Positions 55,301 to 64,000 of a stretch of 64,000 nucleotides of DNA are shown piece by piece. Positions within the stretch are counted from its first letter, which is position 1. Each line of letters opens with the position of its first letter. Source of the DNA: Macrostomum lignano (Eukaryota); assembly GCA_002269645.1 (NCBI GenBank), contig NIVC01002053.1, positions 62,001 through 126,000 on the forward strand. Direction: 5' to 3'. Position numbers and translations under genes: made by a program. Below the pieces are notes generated by a model. That model was given only the letters and a program-made list of their open reading frames with translations. It made no database searches and had not been told where the DNA came from.

Positions 55301-58300
55301 GATCTGCACGATCGCTATGACGAGTGCCTCGGCATGCTGGACGAAGCGCAGCAGGAGATTCGCGCGTTAAAAAAGCGCCAAAAATCGTTGCGACTTGGCG
55401 CCGCCGGTGCTCATCTATTGGCTCCGCCGTCTGCCGCGGCCGCTACCACCGCCGACGCTTCCTCTGTGGCCGCTTCCGGGGCCCGCCTGTTGCCGATGCA
55501 CGCACCGGCTGTGCCGCCGCCGTACGAGCAGAGCCTCATGAGCGAGCTGGAGATGAGCTCGGCTAGGGTCGGCGGCGATCATCGGATGTGAGCGAGCTTT
55601 TGGGGAGTTGCTGGGACTGCTGTTATAAAGTACACGGGGCTCTGATGAAGCTTGTGGAATTCTATGGAAATTCTAAGGATGTCTTTAGGATTCTCTGATT
55701 GGTTGGTGAATAAGTCAATGGGATTCTCTGATTGGTCGTGAATAAGTCAATGGGATTCTCTGATTGGTTGGTGAATAAGTCAATGGGATTCTCTGATTGG
55801 TTGGTGAATAAGTCAATGGGATTCTCTGATTGGTCGGTGAATAAGTCAATGGGATTCTCTGGTTGGTCGGTGAATAAGTCAATGGGATTCTCTGATTGGT
55901 TGGTGAATAAGTCAATGGGATTCTCTGATTGGTCGGTGAATAAGTCAATGGGATTCTCTGATTGGCCAGCAAAGAAGAAACCAGTAAAATTTGTGCCATC
56001 CCACCCTCCCCAGCGCGGACAATCTCAAGGCCTTGGAGACGGTCAAGATAGTCAAAAGTGCCGCCGCCCAGGGCCTGCACGGCAGAGCTGGCATCAGGCC
56101 GACAGGCGCTGCCGCCGGCATAGCCCTCACCAGCACTAGCTTAGGCTACGCCACTACTCTCCGCGATCCTGTTGTTGCTATGGCGTCATTGGTTACACCT
56201 GGCGACGAGGAGCAGCGCAGCGGGGCGGCCAGTTCCGGCTATCGAGACGAATGCCTGTCAGAGTGAGTTTTTAGGGAGGCTGCTTGGGGATCAGCATTCA
56301 TATTGATGTTGGCTTTGCGCTGATTGATATATTCATATTTGTGTCTTCAGGTTTTCTAGTGACGTTTAAGATTTCCAAAAAATGCTCATTTCCTTACAAG
56401 CTGCACATTCCCCTGCAAACTGCACATTCCCCTGCAAACTGCACATTCCCCTGCAAACTGCACATTCCCCTGCAAACTGCACATTCCCCTGCAAACTGCA
56501 CATTCCCCTGAAAACTGAACATTCCCCTAAAGACTGCATATTCCCTAAGCTGAACATTCTTCAAACTGTACATTCCCTGAGCTGAACTATTTTCAATGTA
56601 GCAGTTAGAATTACAATTAGATTTTTTGAATTATTTCTGTTCCAGTCGCATGATGAAGCTGGAGTCTTATCTTACTCAGCCGTGGAAGTCTCTATTCAGG
56701 TTGGGCATAATTAAGCTTAGTTTTGTCTAATTTCTAATTTACAAAATAAGACTTCAATTCCAATTGAGGTGCAGATATCATCGGTGGTGATCTGAGAAAT
56801 CTAACTGGCACAATTTCAATGGAATTTCACTTGATTGCGAGCTTAAAAGTGGTGACTTTTGTTACTCATTATCACGCTTTGGGTCGGCTTCCTCTGATCT
56901 TTCTTTAAGTCTTGATCAGTGTTCTTTCGCTAATCTCAACCTGTTTGAAAAACTTGCGCTAACAGAAGCACTAGTGTCAAATTATACTAGCATTTGCACT
57001 ACTCTCGCGTGATTTGTTATCATAAATGACTCTTAAATTCTCTCTCATGACCCTATTCTCTCCCTGACCCTATTCTCTCCCTGACCCTATTCTCTCCCTG
57101 ACCCTATTCTCTCCCCTGACCCTATTCTCTCCCTGACCCTATTCTCTCCCTGACCCTATTCTCTCCCTGACCCTATTCTCTCCCCTGACCCTATTCTCTC
57201 CCTGACCCTATTCTCTCCCTGACCCTATTCTCTCCCTGACCCTATTCTCTCCCTGACCCTATTCTCTCCCTGACCCTATTCTCTCCCTGACCCTATTCTC
57301 TCCCTGACCCTATTCTCTCCCTGGCCCTATTCTCTCCCTGACCCTATTCTCTCCCTGACCCTATTCTCTCCCTGGCCCTATTCTCTCCCTGACCCTATTC
57401 TCTCCCTGGCCCTATTCTCTCCCTGACCCTATTCTCTCCCCTGACCCTATTCTCTCCCCTGACCCTATTCTCTCCCTGACCCTACTCTCTCCCTGACCCT
57501 ATTCTCTCCCTGACCCTATTCTCTCCCTGACCCTATTCTCTCCCCTGACCCTATTCTCTCCCTGACCCTATTCTCTCCCTGACCCTATTCTCTCCCTGAC
57601 CCTATTCTCTCCCTGGCCCTATTCTCTCCCTGACCCTATTCTCTCCCTGGCCCTATTCTCTCCCTGACCCTATTCTCTCCCCTGACCCTATTCTCTCCCC
57701 TGACCCTATTCTCTCCCTGACCCTACTCTCTCCCTGACCCTATTCTCTCCCTGACCCTATTCTCTCCCTGACCCTATTCTCTCCCTGACCCTATTCTCTC
57801 CCCTGACCCTATTCTCTCCCTGACCCTATTCTCTCCCCTGACCCTATTCTCTCCCCTGACCCTATTCCCTTTCGTCCTCTTTCTCAGGTATTTTCATTTC
57901 TCTCTTCTCGCTTCCCTCTCTCCCACTTCTTTCTTGTCTTCACCGCCGCTCACACCTGTCGATTCTCCGCCACCGCCACGCAGGTCGCTAAGCGTTGGCA
58001 ATCTGAGCGAAGCGAACGCCGGCTTCGCCGACATGAACCTGGTGATGAGCAAGCTCAAAAAGGAGCAGGAGCGACGCCGGAAAGCTGTCACTCAGCGTTA
58101 CAGGTAAGACGAAAACGTGCAAGTTTCAGATTTGCCAATGTTTAATTTAAAGTTCAGTTTCTCTTAAAATAAACTTTATTGGGACCTCGTCAGAGGCAGC
58201 TGTCTCGTCTCTCCTCGAGTGGCTGCTTTGAAAGGGTAACTCAACTAAAATAATTATCTTTTTTGTTATATTACTCAGCCACTAAGCTACTTATAGTAGT

Positions 58301-61170
58301 TTTTTATTTCGACCCTCAGTTGGTAATTAGGTCAAGAATTTTGCAGATTCTATCATTGCGCTTTCCATTCTCTTCAATCGGTTGGTTGATGATACCCGGG
58401 TGTGCAGAAGTGCGCCAAAAACGCTATTTCTTGTTTGTCTTAAAAAAAGCGAAAAAACGACCCAGAGTCGAACCCGCGACCTTCGAACCCCAGGTACGCA
58501 TCGGAGCAGTCGGCCGGCTCCACTAGTCCTCTGTCGGCTTCGAATCCCGAGCTGAGCTCGGCCGGCTCAAGTCCGCCTCGCAACTCGTGGGACGTGGCCG
58601 CCGCGGAGCCCGAGGTTGACGAGCCGCATGACGGACTGCCGCCGCCCCAGCAGCAGCCGCTGGCTCAGCAGCAGCATCATCATCAGCAACAGCAGCCGCA
58701 GCCGCAGTCCTCGCTGCAGCAGCATCTGCCGCTGCCAAAAGCGGCCAGCCGCATCGGGATGGGCATCGCCCCGGAGAAGCTGCAGCTGGTGAAGCCAATC
58801 GAAGGCTCCTTGACGCTGGCACAGTGGCGTAGGCTGGCCACGCCCGGCCTGCATGCTGTTGTTGTCGGCGACTTGCCCGGTGTTCAAATACGCGGCGGTC
58901 TGGAAGGCGATCCGATGCTCTGCGAACTCATGGGCGATGCGGTCTGCGGCCAGGGAGAGGCGGATAAGGCGCAGCTCAGCCTCAGCGACATCGAGGAGGA
59001 CGGTGAGGAACAGCAACAGAGGCTTGCAGATCCATGAGGATTGTATTGAGATCCATGAGGATTCTATTGAGATCCATGAGGATTCTATTGAAATCCATGA
59101 GGATTGTATTGAGATCTATGAGGATTGTATTGAGATCCATGAGGATTCTATTGAGATCCATGAGGATTCTATTGAGATCCATGAGGATTGTATTGAGATC
59201 CATGAGGATTTTATTGAGATCCATGAGGATTCTATTGAGATCCATGAGGATTGTATTGAGATCCATGAGGATTTTATTGAGATCCATGAGGATTGTACTG
59301 AGATCTATGAGGATTGTATTTAGATCCATGAGGATTCTATTGAGATCCATGAGGATTGTATTGAGATGCATGAGGATTCTATTGAGATCCATGAGGATTC
59401 TATTGAGATCCATGAGGATTGTATTGAGATCCATGAGGATTGTATTGAGATGCATGAGGATTCTATTGAGATCCATGAGGATTCTATTGAGATCCATGAG
59501 GATTGTATTGAGATCCATGAGGATTCTATTGAGATCCATGAGGATTGTATTGAGATCCATAAGGATATTAAGATCCATGAGGATTGCATTGAGATCCATG
59601 AGGATTGTATTGAGATCCATGAGGATTGTATTGAGATCCATGAGGATTCTATCGCGGCACACCAAAATTCTAGCGAGATCCTTTAAGATATGTAATTGCA
59701 GCATTACCTACATGCAAAATGCTTGTTACATTACATTACCATTACCTACATTAAATGATTAATCATACTTGCTTACAAGCTCACCATCAATCAAAACGAA
59801 AAAAAACTCGCAGACGATTTCTGCCGCATCAAGTTCAAAGACGCCGAGGCCTCCGGCCTGACCTATACATACACTAACTCGAAGGTGATGCACCCGACTG
59901 ACAGCTATGAGTTTGCCGCCCCGGCTCCACCTGTCGCTGCCACCTCGCCTTCGGCTGCAGCCGCTGGCAGTGCGTCGAAAATCGCTGGTGGCTCCCGGTC
60001 GGCGACCACGCTTGTGCCTGACGTGTCCAAGTGAGTGACGCTTCGGTGTGCGTGAGACAGGTAGACTGAGAGAGGGGGTGAGACAGGTAGACTGAGAGAG
60101 GGGGTGAGACAGGTAGAATGAGAGAGAGGGGGGTTAGACAGTTAGAATGAGAGAGAGGGGGTGAGACAGTTAGAATGAGAGAGAGGGGGTGAGACAGGTA
60201 GACTGAGAGAGGGGGTGAGACAGGTAGAATGAGAGAGAGGGGGTGAGACAGGTAGAATGAGAGAGAGGGGGTGAGACAGGTAGAATGAGAGAGGGGGGGT
60301 TAGACAGGTAGACTGGGAGAGTGGATGAGACAGGTGATAATGAGGGAGGCAGAGTAGCGTCAAGGAATTGGAATCTGTTGGTCTCAGATTTACTCAGGAA
60401 GGATGGGGAATTCAAACCTGTCAGTCACTAGAAAGCAACTCCTCAGTGTCCTGATGTTCCATTATAATTTCTGCAGAGCTCCGCCGGGCAAGCAGCCACC
60501 ATTTGCTTTGCAAATCGCCCGCACCCCGTCTAAACGGTGGCCGCAAGACGACGGCACATCGACATTTTCGTTGAGCTTCGGCCTCGCCGACGTACTGCGT
60601 GAACGCGGCGTCAGGAGCGCCGCCCCCGACGACATCGCCGCCAGCGCCTCGCTGCACCGGCTGCACCAGCAGCAGCAGCAACTGCCGCGGCGGCAGCGGT
60701 CCCGCCAGCCGAGCACCAGCGCCGGCCTGCCGTCGGCAGACGACGAATCCGCGTCTAGACAGCGATCGGCGTCGTCGTCGGCTTCTTCGACGGCGGACAG
60801 CAGCAACGCGGCGGCCTCGGCGTCGGCCGAAGGCGAGGAGGATGACGAAGCGACGCCGACGCACGACGGTTGGTTTTTGCCGACGCTGGGCGCCGGCCTG
60901 AGCGCCACCCTGCGCAACCTGCTGCAGGGCGTCAGCCTGGTCGCTGGCGGCCCCATGCCGCCGTCGTCCTCTTCGGATTCGTCGACCTCTTCGGCCAGCC
61001 CGCCGCTGCCGCCGGCCACCATCGCCGGATTGAATATCTTCGGCCAGACGACGGTCGAGACTTCTTCGATGGCTAACGCCTCCGCGGCGCCTGGCGCAGT
61101 CGGCGGCGGCGGCGGTATTGTTCATCGGGTGTCGTCGCTGAGCCCGGCTGACCTGGAGCCGCCCAGTTGA
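49331..61170 (+). CDS. TRAK: Trafficking kinesin-binding protein (TRAK1/2, Milton; HAP1_N plus Milton domains), 11 coding exons, 1000 aa
   Basis: Exons 49331-49367, 51097-51404, 52828-52944, 53016-53116, 54111-54426, 55220-55587, 56014-56262, 57984-58103, 58527-59002, 59814-60030, 60477-61170 sum to 3003 nt with consistent phases and GT-AG junctions. Motifs: DVHSNENLAEVELVSLVTESLPRYKLRAD, ETDLELAARIGKELLEKN, PEKLQLVKPIEGSLTLAQWRRLATP, TYTYTNSKVMHPTD, TFSLSFGLADVLRERGV. Confidence 0.93.
51510..52700. repeat. 51-bp minisatellite, TRAK intron 2
   Basis: GTACCCTAGCAACTAAACAGGTGGATATGTAGTTTGTAGGACGTGATTGAA. Confidence 0.96.
53145..54095. repeat. 30-bp minisatellite, TRAK intron 4
   Basis: ATTCCCTCTCTGTCACAGGAATGATTATCC. 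Confidence 0.97.
54445..55050. repeat. 40-42-bp minisatellite, TRAK intron 5
   Basis: GGATTGCTAATCTAGCCTTTGGCAATGTGCTGGGTATAAT. Confidence 0.96.
55690..55965. repeat. 33-bp minisatellite, TRAK intron 6
   Basis: GGATTCTCTGATTGGTTGGTGAATAAGTCAATG. Confidence 0.96.
56390..56580. repeat. 19-bp minisatellite, TRAK intron 7
   Basis: CTGCACATTCCCCTGCAAA. Confidence 0.93.
57045..57870. repeat. 17-bp minisatellite, TRAK intron 7
   Basis: CTGACCCTATTCTCTCC. Confidence 0.97.
59030..59650. repeat. 21-bp minisatellite, TRAK intron 9
   Basis: GATCCATGAGGATTGTATTGA. Confidence 0.97.
60050..60340. repeat. 26-28-bp purine-rich minisatellite, TRAK intron 10
   Basis: GACAGGTAGAATGAGAGAGAGGGGGTGA. Confidence 0.93.
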
Positions 61171-61289
61171 TTGACTTGAGGAGTCATGAATTAAAAAAAC
61201 TGGCTTACTGACTTCTAAAGTAGGAATACACGCTCTAGTTACACAAAGTTAGAGAATCGAAGTTTCTCTTAATTCGGCCTAAAAACGAT

Positions 61290-61925
61290 TTTTATTGGAT
61301 CGGCCTTCAAAAATCAAAGCTTCCTAAATCGGCCTTAAAAACTGAAATTACCTAAATTTACCTTCAAAAATCGATATTATCCTAATCGGCCTTCAAGAAT
61401 CTAAAATACCTAAATCGGCCTTCAAAGATCAAAATGACCTAAATCTGCCTTTAAGAATATAAAATACCTAAATCGGCCTTCAAGAATCTGAAATACCTAT
61501 ATCGGCCCTCAAAGATCAAAATGACTTAAATCTGCCGTTAAGAATCTAAAATACCTAAATCGGCCTTCAAGAATCTAAAATATCTAAATCGGCCTTCAAG
61601 AATCTAAAATACCTATATCGGCCCTCAAAGATCAAAATGACCTAAATCGGCCTTCAAGAATCTAAAATACCTAAACCGGCCCTCAAAGATCAAAATGACC
61701 TAAATCGGCCTTCAAGAATCTAAAATACCTAAACCGGCCCTCAAAGATCAAAATGACCTAAATCGGCCTTCAAGAATCTAAAATACCTAAACCGGCCCTC
61801 AAAGATCAAAATGACCTAACCTAAATCGGCCTTCAAAAACCGAAATTACCTAAATCAACCTTCAAAAATTAATATTACCTTAATCGGCCTTCAAAAGTCG
61901 AAATTTCCTAAATCGGCCTTCAAAA
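61290..61925. repeat. ~29-bp minisatellite downstream of the TRAK stop
   Basis: CCTAAATCGGCCTTCAAGAATCTAAAATA alternating with a variant unit. Confidence 0.93.
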
Positions 61926-63270
61926 AACTGCCAGTTGATTTGCTGGTTGGAGTCGTGCAGGATAAGATTTATTGAGACCAAAGCTCACTTTTATTTTTCA
62001 TCGCTTAGTTTATCGGCTTTTAAAAAACTCCTCACAGTTTGCGTTTCTTAATCTCGTTCATGTTTTGTAACTTTTTTTAGATTATTTTTTATTTAACTCT
62101 TAACTTAGATTAGGGCGTCGCAGCGCCGCGCTTTGCTGTTTGTTTTATCGTAATCGATTGGCGCGTATTTAAAATCTATAGTTTTCATATGCGTTCTATT
62201 TTAGCCAGTTAATTAGTAGTGTGTATAGGACATGCGCAGGCCCAGTATGTATAGTGAGACTTAATACTAGATGTAAATAGCCTGTCCATTGCAATTTAAT
62301 ACCTGTGTTTACTCTTAGAATCCTGTAAATTTGCAATATGCTTCCGAGCAGATGCATTGCCGCAATCCTGTATGATTATTACTATTGGTGATCTCTTAAA
62401 TGTGCGAATCAGGGGTCGGCAGCGAACTCCGGCCCTCGGGTCTTTTTAACCTTCACTGTGACACTCTAATTGTGTGACACTAAAATTGCGACATTTCTCG
62501 TGCTATGTGACAGATTTTACGGTTCAGATCTGTATTCTTCTACTTTTCTCAGTAGTTTTAGTAAACTTAGTAAGTCTTAGTAAACTTAATTACGAGGTCT
62601 TTGTTTTATCGCTTGTTCGCTCTAGATCGACGCATCTTTGTTTTTGATGCTGATTAAAAAAAGCTTTTGCCTTCCAGAATCCTGAGTTCTTCTCTGCGTT
62701 ACTTCAAGTATCTTGATGATGCTCTTTCATGCCGCAACTATTTTAACAGCCAACCATTACATTTGACTAACTGGATATTTACAACTCAATATTAGTAAAG
62801 ACTAATCAGTAGTGTTTGCTGCGCGCTATGTTTTAGATTTAATTGGCCAGTATTCTGTTATGCTTTGTAGATTATGGACAGACGTTATAGCTTAATTTTG
62901 TGAAAACTTTTGAGTCATCATTGCTGTTTTGCTTTGTAAGCTACTCTTAGTAGCACCAAAGATATCTAACGGACGCATCTTGATCAGTGTTTTTAATCGC
63001 GTTTCGCTCATGGCTTCGTATAGAAATAGCTTAATTTGCAATAAATACTACTAACGTGTATTCGCTGCTTCTGCACTTATATTTTTAAGACTGCACTGAA
63101 CTCACTGCTGTGTGAGATTGGTGAATCATATATTTTAGTCGTTGCACACTTGCCAGCCTAGCAAAGTAAAAGTTTCAAGTTGAGTCTAATTGTAGCCTAA
63201 ATATTTCACTCATTTTTGTTGAGCTGCAGGAGTTCAACTGACATTATAGAGCATCACAATCGTCATTAAT

Positions 63271-63478
63271 GGGGGGGGGGTTGTAGCCTAGTAGTTAGAG
63301 CGTCGGACTCATGACCTGAAGGTTGGGGGTTCGATTCCCGATCCCAGTTTTAACAATGTGTTATCTACAGCAAGACACTTAACGCTTCAGTTCGCCCAGC
63401 TGTAAAATGGGAGCCAGCATTAGCTGGGGTAATTGAGGCTGTGTGTGGCGACCTCCAGTCCTTGGACTGAACAGCCGT
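63271..63478 (+). mobile_element. tRNA-derived SINE with CORE-like central motif
   Basis: A-box-like TAGCCTAGTAGTTAGAG, B-box GGTTCGATTCC, then CAAGACACTTAAC...CAGCTGTAAAATGGG resembling the MIR/CORE domain. Confidence 0.7.
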
Positions 63479-63479
63479 C

Positions 63480-64000
63480 AGCTGGGGGTTCAACTGACAT
63501 TATAGAGCATCGCGGTGTCAGCTGGGAGCTCAACTGATATTATAGAGCATCGCGGTGTCAGCTGGGAGCTCAACTGATATTATAGAGCATCGCGGTGTCA
63601 GCTGGGAGCTCAACTGATATTATAGAGCATCGCGGTGTCAGCTGGGAGCTCAACTGATATTATAGAGCATCGCGGTGTCAGCTGGGAGCTCAACTGATAT
63701 TATAGAGCATCGCGGTGTCAGCTGGGAGCTCAACTGATATTATAGAGCATCGCGGTGTCAGCTGGGAGCTCAACTGATATTATAGAGCATCGCGGTGTCA
63801 GCTGGGAGCTCAACTGACATTATAGAGCATCGCGGTGTCAGCTGGGAGTTCAACTGACATTATAGAGCATCACAGTGTCAGCTGGGAGTTCAACTGACAT
63901 TATAGAGCATCACGGTGTCAGCTGGTGAGTTCAACTGACATTATAGAGCATCACAGTGTCAGCTGGGAGTTCAACTGACATTATAGAGCATCGCGGTGTC
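63480..64000. repeat. 40-bp minisatellite running off the right edge
   Basis: GCTGGGAGCTCAACTGATATTATAGAGCATCGCGGTGTCA. Confidence 0.97.

Noticed and set aside
58455-58500. tRNA-like B-box sequences (also ~50370-50390) on the minus strand
   Set aside because: Too short for a cloverleaf; at most decayed SINE heads
63280-63345. Genuine tRNA gene
   Set aside because: No proper acceptor stem, and it continues into a SINE body

Overview
Eukaryotic (metazoan) genomic DNA. The gene content, intron style and one-minisatellite-per-intron architecture resemble a flatworm such as Macrostomum lignano, but that is inference and was not searched. Two divergent intron-containing genes were reconstructed by hand: (i) a minus-strand presynaptic active-zone scaffold of the Piccolo/Fife/RIM family (ATG 23911, running off the left edge; Rab-binding helix, FYVE-like Zn finger, coiled coil, PDZ, C2A); (ii) a complete plus-strand TRAK/Milton kinesin-mitochondria adaptor (11 coding exons, 49331-61170, phases consistent, 1000 aa). 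The 25-kb gap between them holds a nested repeat complex. It contains a large interrupted inverted duplication around a Gypsy pol fragment, four full or partial copies of an unclassified element (three carry an intact ORF for a signal-peptide-bearing Cys-rich protein), and LOA-clade non-LTR retrotransposon fragments, one with an 80-bp target duplication. A 6.4-kb block within it has ends that look circularly permuted. Also present: a decayed mariner, a solo LTR, a tRNA-derived SINE and about 30 distinct minisatellites. Several minisatellites reiterate splice signals; one has a 61-bp unit that is exactly a 31-nt GT-AG segment plus an in-frame 30-nt exon. Most long ORFs in the supplied track are repeat artefacts. 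All analysis was by eye.
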